Assembly (NCBI GenBank): GCA_964036045.1
Contig: OZ038379.1
Span: 17,732,001-17,796,000, forward strand
Direction: 5' to 3'
From: Eutreptiella sp. 'Long Island Sound 2002'
Lineage: Eukaryota; Protista; Euglenida
DNA length: 64,000 nt
Part shown: in pieces, positions 9,841 through 20,420 of the stretch
Numbering within the stretch: the stretch's first letter is position 1
Layout of the letters: each line of letters opens with the position of its first letter
Program-made: the position numbers and the translations under genes
Notes under the pieces: model-generated
The model's input: the letters and a program-made list of their open reading frames with translations, nothing else
Told to the model about the DNA's origin: nothing
Database searches by the model: none

Positions 9841-12800
9841 TAGTATATTTGTTAGATGTTGGTAACCACAATACAGTTTTGCTGTTTGATGATGAACTTT
9901 TGATCATAACTGAGGCGTCTCTTGAATAGGTGGCCCTTTTGATCAACTTTGAATTTTGGGCTTTGGTACGGCCGAGGGTGTGCAGCCTTCGCTTTCTTCC
10001 GCTTGGTTGGTGGTGGTGGCCGCCGCTGGCGGGAAGGGGGTTCTCTACCACCAGTTCCCCTAGCCGCCCCCCTCACAGGTAGCTGTCGTAAGTTCCCCTA
10101 GGGCCTAATTGCGGGTAGGTTCCCCTAGGAGACACCCTCTCCATTTGGTCCCCCTGATTCCGCGATGGGAACACCCACCGGCCTTCCCAACCGTCCTTCC
10201 CAATACCCTAGCATAGCCTGTGGGGCACCTATGGGCGGGCTTCCGGTGGATAGCCTTGCCGACAGTAGAGCATTCCCATCAACCGCCTTCCACCACTCTG
10301 CGTACCTCACGGGTGTGGAGTACCCACTCGGTCCTTGGGTGCACTTGGTTGGCATCCACCTGCGCCTCAAGGTTAGGGACCCCCGTGCACTGAGATCCCT
10401 CACGGGTACCCTCTCACGGCAGGGCCTTTGACTTCGGGGCCTCGGGGCCTAGCCCTCCTCTCTGTGCCCCTTGAGGGTGCTCCAAGGCATGGCTTGCCTC
10501 ACTTCTTGTGGTTAGGATCCCCGCGGTTGGCCCGCCGTTCCGCACTCCATGGCGATTGCTGAGCCAGTTTCACGGAGTGTGTTGTCCGGCTACGGCCTAT
10601 AACCCACGACTCCCGCAGAGTTCCCCGCTTGTGTGCCTTTGGTGGGTGTGCTTTGGTGTCCGCATCCGTGGTGCTATTGGTTCAGTCGACCTCCCCTTAT
10701 ATCCCATATCCCCTGTTTGCCCTTATGGTTACCCCCAATCGGTTCCGCTACTAATTGCCCGCAGTGGCCACCCGTTTTGCTCACCGCTTAGGGTCACACG
10801 TAATCATTACCCCTACTGTTTGTCCCTAATGGTTGGGTTCCTCTACTAGTTGTGCTTCATAAGGTTCCGTGCAATTGTTAGTCAACCACTACATTTATGA
10901 CTGGGGCATTTCCTCCGCCATGAACCACTTTGATCTAAACTGAGTGTCATTAGACCAGCAAAACACTAGCTTATGCTCCACCAAGTAGGGTGTCATGTCC
11001 GTCCTCGAGGATAGCAAGGTTGAGGGTGACCTTGTTGACATCAGTCATGAGACAGTGCACATCATCCCCGCCGATGACGAAATCAAAACATGCACTGTGG
11101 AGTTTCGTACACGCCAACCGGGGTTGAAGCGCCAAATGGTTGAGGCCGGGGTGCAACGTACCTACAAGGGCGGACGTATGCTATGCGTCGACTATGTTGG
11201 CAAGCAATTTCCGCGGTGCTTTCCCGCAGAGCCTGCCTTGGGGTTTACTGCCTTTGCGCAGTCCTTTCCCTTCCCATGCAAGTACTTGCTCTGCCCCGCT
11301 TCCTCCTTTCCGTCCCCTCCACGCCAACGAATCCCAATCCCATTTAGCAAAACCATTGCCCAACCGCTGCAAACACATCCAATCTTAATTCAATCCAATT
11401 GCCAAGTGTTGCTCGGACAAAGGCACTGTTTGCACCAACCGACATATACCAGAGCCGGGCGGCAATGTCCCATGCCCGTCCTAATGGTGTCCTATGGAAT
11501 GCAGTCCACAACTCCAGCTGGCTTATGCACAACGTGCCCAGCACCACACTCCTCATGGCAAATGGAGCCGTTTCGATCCCTCCCTCAGTTGAACAGCATA
11601 ACTCACCATTCCTTCGTGGGAGGACCTGCCTGACTTTTTGGCGCCCTCAGATCAGGATATCAAGTGGATAAAGGTCCCGTCACATGTGAATGTTTTTGGC
11701 AATTAGCAAGCCAACGGTTTGGCCAATAAAAGCCGACTTTCCAATTCTCTCTACCCCACCCAAGATAACCCAGCAAGATGCCGCATGAATAGCACAAATA
11801 GACCCCAATTGGGGCCTGCCTCCAGAAGGTCAAGGGTCACACAAGGGGATGTGGAATCCTCTATTCGCCCAACTGCCTTGTATGCACATGGTGACGAATT
11901 TTTTGATGTTCCAAACCCAAAACCTCCTGCTGGAGGGGCTGGATGAGCCTCAAGGTGATCTGCCGGTCGATGTGTGGGCAGATTTGGGGATGAATTTGTT
12001 CACACCATCTTATCTTTTATGGGGAGACTTTGCTCAAAGCGCTCCTTGCACAGCAATTCAGGTGGATAAAGGGATGGAGTAAGGGAACCGTCCGCGCCCC
12101 ACAGTGATCGATCTGGGTATCTGGCAGTCAATAGGAGGACACAATCAGCCTAGTCCAGGTTAGGTGGGTCTGCGCATTACAAAGTGTCACACAGAGTGAT
12201 GACTGTACATAGAGTAACAGAACTGGGAGTTTGTAGGGTAGCAGCTGAATGCATGAGGAACATCCAGTATCTGAGAACGACCATTTTGCGCCCAAAGGAA
12301 AGCACAAGGCCAAGAATATCCCGTTTCCGGAACCTTAGCAGAACCTTATCTTCAAAATGTGACAATTCAGGGAAAATCGGCAGAAATAGGGGGACATGGG
12401 TTTTTGTGTTTTTGATGGAAAAATGGGAATTCTTAGGCCAAACCCCGAAAAATGCACTTTTGGTTGGGGGATGTCATGGGAGGGGCGGGTAATTCCCATT
12501 TTCCCTCGTTCGGTAACAAGGAAAAATGGGGAACACAAGGGAAAATTGGGGGGAAATGGGGGAAATTGGGGGAAAATGGGAATTTTTTGGCTGTTTGATG
12601 GTAAAATGGGAAACTCTTGGGCAAAAAACCCTCAAAGTGCACTTTTGTTGGGGGATCTCACGGAAGGTGCGGTCGATTCCCATTTCCCCCCGCTTGGCCA
12701 CAGGAGAAAATGGGGGAAAATGGGTTGGTTGGTTGGTTGGTTGGTTGCTGCCGCTATGTCCCAGCGCTAGGCCAGGGCCCCCTAGGCTGCAGGCCATGGG

Positions 12801-13199
12801 CGGCAGGGGCTGCGTGACACGCTGTACGTCGCATGAACCACGCGCACCGGGGCTCGCGCGTGCTGCTCTGGCGCGCTTCCGCTCTGTCAGGCACGTCCGG
12901 GTCCACCGCGTTGCGCGCGGCGCCTTGCCCGCCCGTACCTTGTTTCGTCGCTCTCACCTCCTTGCTCTCCCCCCCTCCCCGTCCGTGGTGTGTCCGCGGT
13001 GCGCCCCTCTGTTTCGTGCCGGTGCGCGCCGGCTGAGGCGCCCCGGTGCGTTCCGCCCCGGGGGAGGGGTGGGCGCGGAGGCTCGCCCTCGGCGCTGGCC
13101 CTAGCGCCCCCCCCCTCCCCGCGGGGCCCGCGCGTCCGCCTCGTGTCCTCCCTCTCCCACCCCTGGCCGCATGCACGGGCACTAGTCGGGTGTCGGGCT

Positions 13200-16100
13200 T
13201 CATTCTGTCCACGGTGTCCGAGGGTCCCAGAGGACGGACCTCCGCGGCGCTAGGCCTGTCGAGTGCACATGTCCGGCGTGAGTGTGGCGCACTGCCCACT
13301 CGTGATCTGTGTCAATGAGGTACACGTGGGCGGCGCTTGCCGCCTCCGTGAGCTGGATGTCGTTGTATTCTAAATCTAAGGCATGTACACACATATAAAC
13401 CACAGCTGCCTGATGCCCCAGTACCCCACTTAGCGCCGGTAGTGGCTGCTGCAGCCCATATCGAATGCGTAGCACCCACCGGTCCAGCGCTCGTAACACA
13501 TATTGCAGCAGGACCTCGTCCCCGAAAGACAGCCACTGCCCTGTACCAATTGCTGGGGGCTCCAGGCCACACCGCCCCGGGGCCCACTGTAGTGTGTGAT
13601 CCGGGTGTGCCACCGCTGCCAAGACGTCCTGTACGATGCTGTCGATGTCTTGTCCGGCTGCAGGTAGTACCGGTTGCGCGTGGGCGTGGTCGCTCGGGCT
13701 GATGTCCACGCTGGGGGGTTCCATTGCCGCTGTGCGATGTACGGGGTGTATGATAGAGTACTCGGTCCCCGAGGCATCGCTGACTGCTAGTCCTCGTCGT
13801 CCGCGGGCAGGTCGCAGGCGCCAGGCGGCCCAGGAGGGTCTGGTACATGTCAACGCGCATCAGGTAATGGGCCCGGCATCCCCCCGCCAGGTGTGCGCCC
13901 AGGTCCAGCGCCGGGCCGTGGCAGAACGGGCAGTCCGACGCGCCATACCCCTGTGGCGGAAGACGTACCTCCATGAGGCGCACCAGGGTCATGCGCTGCA
14001 GCTGCAGCAAGGGGAGGTCGTCGGCGCGCAGGGCACACAGAACGGAGGGGTGCCACGGGCGAACGCGGGCTGCGGGGTACCTCCGCAACAGGTCCAGGCG
14101 AGTGCCCGTTTGGTACAGCTCCTGGGCAGCCTCCTTGACGTTGATGATCAGGGCTCGGTGCCAGTGCGCCACGACCCTGCCTGCCAGCAGGTGCGGCCAT
14201 GGCACTGTGGCGCTGCTGGGGCGCTGAGCTGCCCGCTGGGCCAGGTCGTGGGCCGCGCGGTGCATGCTCAGGAGCTGAGGCGCCGGTGGCTGGGCTCGGG
14301 GCCTGGAGGGGACCCACACGTCCACGGAGGGGCTGGAGACGCGCAGCGGAGCAAGCGCACGGTACCAGGGCTCCACCAACGTGCCTGTCGTGGGGGCACG
14401 GTCGTACGTCGAGGCTAGGGTGCTGGTGGAGTCGGCCACGAAGTGAACTGTCCCGCCCCAGCGTCCCAGGGCGTGCAAGGCCTCCAACCGCCCCATCCAT
14501 TCGGCCACAGTGGCGTCGCTACCAGCGGTCCGCAGCGCGCGCCCGCAGCCGTAGAAGTATCCCAAGGTGTCGTGCCACATGACCATGGCCCATGCCGTCA
14601 CCCCTGCGACGTACGCCCCGTCGTAGGAGATGTGCACACTGTTCACTCCGCTCAGGGTCGCCAGGGACCCGAACTCCAGGGCCTCAGTCGGAGCCACGGC
14701 TGACGGCAGGGCGGTCAGGTATACCCCTCGGTCGCGCAGGGCGTCCTGGAGCGCGATGCCCTCATGTTCCCAGCCTCGGATGGGCGGCGTGCTGACCAAG
14801 TACTGCACCGCGGACGCCGCTGCGGCGTTGCGTGACCACGATGATTGCAGGTACGACTGCAGGAGCAGAAGTTCGCAGCGATCTCTGAGCTTGGGTGCCC
14901 CAGGGCCCCCTTCCTCGAGTGCTAGCGTCAGGAACTCCACCGGGGTCCATTTGGGCAGGCAGAACGCTCGGCGGTAGGGCTTGTGTACCTGCACCTGGTG
15001 GGCAGCCAAGCTGCGACCGGGTACTAGGAGGCATTGCAGTAGGTTGCCTCCGCTGGAGACCCCGTATGCCAGCATGGCCCGCAGCCGCAGCAAGGGTGGC
15101 AGCCGGCGTCGCGTTGCTGCTGCCGAGGCCCGCCGGAGCGCCCGAAGGAACCGCCCCAGGGCCGCCGTCAGCGGGAGCTCAGCCAAGATTGGCACCCGCA
15201 GCACCTCTGGCGTCTCCATGGTCGTCAACAGGCCTGCAAGTCCGACTTCTCGTTCAACCAGGCGCGGTCCCGCGGCGTCCAGGCGGACGTAGTGGAAGGC
15301 CAGCTTGGAGGGGTGAACTACCCTGCCGGCAGCCGTAGACACGTCCATGCATCGCGTGACCAGCGCCACCACGCGCGCCATAGTGGCCGATTGGAACCGC
15401 CGGTCATCCGAGTAGGCCTGGTGCTCCATCGGCAGTGAATGCCCTGGCCGGAGGACATCGGGGATGGACAGGGTTGTCCCTGTGAGCATGCAGGTGTTCA
15501 GGACGCACTGAAGAGCCTGAAAACCCTCCCCTGCAAATGAGTCTCCTTGCTCCCTGCCCTCGCCGGGGCTGTAGTACGGGGCGAGTCCCTCGTCTGTCAC
15601 CGGGTGGATTCGCTGACGCGAGTAGAACGCGTCACACCAAGTGCCAAAGTTCCAAACCCCCGGCAGTAGGCGCAGCAGCTCTTCATCATCTTCCCGTTGG
15701 GTGCGCAAGTAGGCGTCCGACTCGTCCCACTCAGCGTCAGCGCATGCCCCAGATAATTCCATTGCTCGCAGCACCGACGCTCGCGTCGTCAGGACCATCA
15801 TGGTGGCTGAAACGGCTGTGCGGTAAGCGAAGAGGTCGGGTGTAAGGGCGCCGGACAGCTCCAGGGTGTAGTTGAGCCTTGTGCGCCCAACCCCCGAGTA
15901 GGAGCGCATGAGGTCGGACTCCACGGCAACCGGCCGATGCGACCTAGCCAGGTGCAGCGGGCCTTTGCCTTTGTACGACCCGTAGCGGATGGTGTCCCTA
16001 GCCACCGAGTCCACATTCCTCAAGAAGCTGCAGTGCATGTAGCGTACTCCCGCCACTGTGCCCCCGAACCTGGTGTGGGTGACGGTACCCGGCACATTGT

Positions 16101-18365
16101 CCAAGGCCGTGGCTGGCGATGTCCGTCTCTCCAGCTGCCGGGCCACGTCGGGCGTGTCGTACAGCGGCCGACCGTTCAGTTCAGCCAGGAGTGCGTCCCG
16201 GTCGTTGCTGGCGTCAGGGTCCCGCCCTCGTCGGAGGGCATGGTGCAGCTGGTCCATTGGGAGCTCGGCTGCGAACCACGGCGTGCGGTGTCGCAGCGGT
16301 GGGACCGACTGGATGGCAAAGCGCTCCTTGTCGATGTGTAGGTGGCGGTACCGTGTCGCGTAGGAGACTTGGGCTGTGACTTCTGGCAGACGTTCTTCCC
16401 TGCTGGATAGGACTGCCCCAGGGGAAGGTAGAATGCCTGAGTACGGCCGGAGGGGGACTGTGGGCAGGCACAGGGCTCGACGGGTCTCACGCCCAATCTG
16501 TACCAAGCTCAGGGCCAGCCGGACGCGGTCGCGGTGAAGTTCCTGTGCTCGTTGACGGTGCTCCTCAGCCCGCGCTTGGAGGAATGCGTCATCGTACGGC
16601 GGCGGTTGGCGCGCCAAGCGCCGGACGTACTGGCTGTCGGGCATGGGCGCTGGCAGACGTTGGCGGGCCAGGTCGTGCAGAGTGGCTATAAACGTATCTG
16701 GCCTGGCGGTGGTGGCGGCCAGGTGTCCCCAGGCTGCACTGGTGAGCGCCCGGACTGCGTCCATGACCGCTCGGGGGGCCAGGCGCCAGCGGAGGTGTTT
16801 CCAATGGAACGGGGCAGGTGCTGGTGAGGGAGATGTCTGCCAGCACTGCCAGGTGGGAACTAGCTGTGGGGATCAGGTGGTGTTCGCTGCTGTGCACGGG
16901 GCCGTTGACGAAGAGGTGGTCTATGGCGGTGGCGCGGATGCGCCCCTGAACGCTGACAAAGTTGGTCGGCGCGTGCGGGGGCAGCACCCGGACATATTTC
17001 TGTAGTCGCGGGTCCCGCCGGAGCGTTACAGCCAGGGGCGCTGAGCCCTCGTCGGTTGAGTTCAGGTCGCCTTGGATGATTGACACGGTCGCTCGGACGT
17101 GGTGAGCACAGGTGAGGAGGCTGTCCATGGTGGTGCACCATTGCGCGTGAGAAGCGTGGGGGTCAAAGCGGGCGTCCAGCAGGAGTACCCGGCTCGCGTG
17201 TCGGGTGTGGCACAGGACCCCCAGCCAGTCGCGGGAGTCATAGATCACGGTGGGGGGGTGCATGGGGAGGATGTCGGCCAGCCGAATCCCCACCGCCAGA
17301 CCGCGCCCCTGTCCAGTCACGGTACCCTGGACCAGGGCGTAAGTCGGGGGCACCAGCGCCTGGGCCGCTGCCAGGTCCCACGTCTCCTGCAGCAGAACGT
17401 ACGAGGGGTCCACTGCCTCTATCAGCGGGCCCACTATTTCTCGCTGGTGCTCAGCGCCAGCCAAGTTGTTACCCAGCACCCAGAAGCTGACGGGTTCGGG
17501 TGTGGCCTGGGGCGCGTCGGGCGGCGGCAGTCGCAGGGCCCACGTGGGCACAGGCAGTACAGTTGCAGGCGGTGGCAGACCCATGCACATTGCCCAGCGG
17601 GACCCGAACAGGGCGACTCCGCCTGTGTAGTGGTGGCAGCCGTCCCACAAGTGCGCCCTTTTTGCCACGTCGGCCGTGAGGAGGGGGTGCTGGGCCGATT
17701 GAGCTACGCAAAAGAGTCGGGGCTGGGGGGCGGCGTCCTGGGGTGCGTGCACTGCTGCTACCGATGCCCGCATTTTACCGCACATGGCGCAGACGGACGA
17801 GAGCACGTGGATGTCGGGGGAGGAGGACCGTAGTAGCCACGGTTCATGCGGGCCACGTCGGGCGTACGAGGGCGGCAGTATCGGCACCTTCAGCACGGGG
17901 GGGGGCGTCGTCCCAGAACGAGACCCACGTGTCCGCGCACCGGATCGGGGGGGTGACGGCGGCCGCGGGGGGCAGTTGGCTGACTGCGCGCACCCAGGCG
18001 TGGGTCGCATCCAGGGCGGCGCCACGAGCTTCAGGGGGCAACTGGCTGATTGCCGCTGGGATGGGGTCGCAGAGGGCGCCTGGCGAGGGGGACTGTAGCG
18101 CGTAGGCCTGCAGGGACGCCGGGGAGCCACATGACGTGCAGGCCATATTGGCGATGGACCCGTGTCGAGACATGGCCCATGTGCCGCAGGCGGTGCAGAT
18201 GCTGGACGGGTGCAGCAAGCTTGGGGGTTCGGTCGCTGGGGCGGTGGGCAGGGGGATCTGCCGGCGTGTCGTCGGCCTGGGGTGGGTCTCAGCTAGGGCG
18301 TGGGCCAATCGGAGGACCCCATGGTCCGGGGTGCAGGTGGGGGGGAGGGTGAGCGGCAGCAGCAG
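13200..18365 (-). pseudogene. LINE ORF2: N-terminal Cys-rich fingers, APE endonuclease, reverse transcriptase, RNase H, CCHC finger, C-terminal extension; about 3 frameshifts
   Basis: APE motifs GNNLAG, LLQET, QGDLNS, AIDHLF, SSH (about 16850-17490). RT motifs EQGDSFAG and YSDD (15403-15414). RNase H motifs ISYDGA, AEW, ADS, WVPSR, AAHDLA (about 14250-14640). CPFCHGPALDLGAHLAGGC finger. Frame changes near the G9 run (17897-17905), at about 16825 and at about 13830 join ORFs 17844-18308, 16589-18130, 13312-16764 and 13200-13853. Confidence 0.9.
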
Positions 18366-20420
18366 TCATTTTCGGCGTCGCGTGGGCCAGGGCTGTCCCT
18401 GCGACATCTGCATGGGGGGGGGGCCAGTTGACTCCGAGCGGGCGTGCAGGGCCACGTGCGGTCCGTGCGGGGGGGGGCGCTCCGCGCTCAAGGGCGGCGG
18501 TGGCCCAGGGAGGCTCTGCGCAGCGCGGTCCCAGGATGACGGCGGGCGATGGTGCTGAGGGCCTTCGTCAGTACGTCTGCGCTTCATGTCCTGCTCCGGT
18601 GAGGGGCCTGGGCGCAGGTGAGGGGGCACCGTTAGTGCAGTGAGGTCCACGTGGAAGACCTCCCCGTTGGTCTGCCTGCGGCTGTCGAGCGTCACCCCCC
18701 ACATGCCGTCAAACTCGTACCAGCGGGAGGGGTAGTCGGAGAAGAGGTTCTCGAACACGGACGCTGGGATGACGGCGAACCCGTATCCCCGCTGTTGGTC
18801 GGGGGGCGTCAGATAGACGGGCGTCTGGAACAGGGCGCTGAGGCCAACTGACACCTCAGGGGCTCGCAGGTCGCGGAGTCCAGAAATCCGCACCACCCTG
18901 GTGGGCGGCGTGCGGCCAGGCCCAGCTTCGCTTGCGGGCGCTGGCTGGTCCACCCAAGGGCGGGGGGCTGTCGGCGACGGTTGCTGTGTGGCCTCGTTCG
19001 GCGGGCGGGCCATGGGGGGGGCCGTGGCAGCGGTTGCGAGAGGGGGGGGCGCTCCGAGCTTGGGGCCCTTCCCCAGGAACCACTGGTAGCTATCTCCTTC
19101 TGTAACGGCGAGGGCCCTCTTGGTGGCCTCCAGCAGCACGTCGTGTTGCGCTATGCGGTCGAGGCCCCTCACGAGCGCCAACATGCCCTTACGGAACTCC
19201 TGCTCGTCGTTCACGTTGCCGATGTGCTGGAAGGCGGAGATGGGCAGGTCGTCGGTGGAGGCCACAGCCAGCCCAGCCTGGGACCATCTGGCATAGCCCA
19301 GGGACGCCGCGTCCGCTATGGTCTTGTCCACGGTTTCGAGTGTGCGACATACCCTAGCTCCGTCAACTGCCGAGCCGTGGCGCTGTTGCACATGGTCGAG
19401 GAGGCGCTGGAGGTCGGCTGTCATACGGGCCTGGGTGGATGCCGGGCACGAGGACCACACCGCTTTGACGGCGGTGACTAGGGCCGCTGGGACTGATGCC
19501 ATGCCCAGGTTCTGCAGCACGCGGGCGGATGTGCCGTATGGGCGGGCGAGGGCCGCGACCGCCGCAGCGACTTGCCCGACTTGCGGCCCCGGGACACATC
19601 CGAGCGTATCCAGCTCTCGCAGCATGTTCTCGGGGTCGGCTGGCGCGGGCCCCTGCAGAATTGACAGCCACTGTGGGGTGTCACTCTGGCTGGACCCGTG
19701 CGGCTGCGAGAGGCTTCTCTCCAAAGACTGCAACCGCGTGAGAGCATCCGGCATGGCGAGGCTCCCGTCCTTCTCCCGTTCCCGGAGCTCGTTCTGCCAT
19801 TCCCGCTGGGATAGGGGGCACGGGCCGGGGAGCTTGACCCTTGCGGCGTTAGTGGTGAACGCGGGGGTCTCCCATGCCAGCTTCAGGCCGTGCCTCGACG
19901 CTGTCCAAGAGGCCAGCCAGTGCAGGAGGGGCACCCGCAGCGTGACCGGCTGCACTGTGGTGACGTTCCCCAGAAGCAGCAGGAGGTCCTCAAAGGCCAG
20001 GCCACGGATCTGGTCGCTGCCCCAGGCCTCCATGTGTCTCGCCGCAGCTTGCACCAGGTCCGATCTCCGAGGCGCCGCTTCCCGCGACGCGTACTCCATC
20101 AGCTCCTCCATGCACGTCTGGTAAGTGCGCCACGAGTACCCCGGCAGGCGCTCCTCCATGACGCTCAGGTCGTACGGCTGCAGTCTCGGCGGCTTCGACG
20201 GGCTGGCCGGCGCGCACCAGGTCACCGCTACGGACGCCAGAGTGGGGCTGCGCGGTACAGGCACCCCCATGACATTGATCTTCGCCTCGTGGTGTCGCGC
20301 CGTGAGCTCCACCGTCGCTTGAGCCGCGTTCCACACGGCGCCAGTGATCGGGAACGCGTCTGCGGGGCGGAGCTGCTCCTGCTGCTCAGCCGGCGAGAGC
20401 GACGCGAATGGGTGCGGCAT
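18366..20420 (-). CDS. LINE ORF1 (684 aa) with a C-terminal RRM-like domain
   Basis: Long uninterrupted ATG-started ORF directly upstream of ORF2. RNP2-like VRISGL (about 18877-18894) and RNP1-like RGYGFAVI (18768-18791). Confidence 0.8.
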   Translation of the reverse strand: MPHPFASLSPAEQQEQLRPADAFPITGAVWNAAQATVELTARHHEAKINVMGVPVPRSPTLASVAVTWCAPASPSKPPRLQPYDLSVMEERLPGYSWRTYQTCMEELMEYASREAAPRRSDLVQAAARHMEAWGSDQIRGLAFEDLLLLLGNVTTVQPVTLRVPLLHWLASWTASRHGLKLAWETPAFTTNAARVKLPGPCPLSQREWQNELREREKDGSLAMPDALTRLQSLERSLSQPHGSSQSDTPQWLSILQGPAPADPENMLRELDTLGCVPGPQVGQVAAAVAALARPYGTSARVLQNLGMASVPAALVTAVKAVWSSCPASTQARMTADLQRLLDHVQQRHGSAVDGARVCRTLETVDKTIADAASLGYARWSQAGLAVASTDDLPISAFQHIGNVNDEQEFRKGMLALVRGLDRIAQHDVLLEATKRALAVTEGDSYQWFLGKGPKLGAPPPLATAATAPPMARPPNEATQQPSPTAPRPWVDQPAPASEAGPGRTPPTRVVRISGLRDLRAPEVSVGLSALFQTPVYLTPPDQQRGYGFAVIPASVFENLFSDYPSRWYEFDGMWGVTLDSRRQTNGEVFHVDLTALTVPPHLRPGPSPEQDMKRRRTDEGPQHHRPPSSWDRAAQSLPGPPPPLSAERPPPHGPHVALHARSESTGPPPMQMSQGQPWPTRRRK

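Noticed and set aside
12723-12746. (GGTT)6 or the GGGGAAAAT runs as telomeric repeats
   Set aside because: They are short, internal and not TTAGGG-like arrays. The GGTT run sits exactly at the LINE 3' end next to the TSD and is better explained as its tail.
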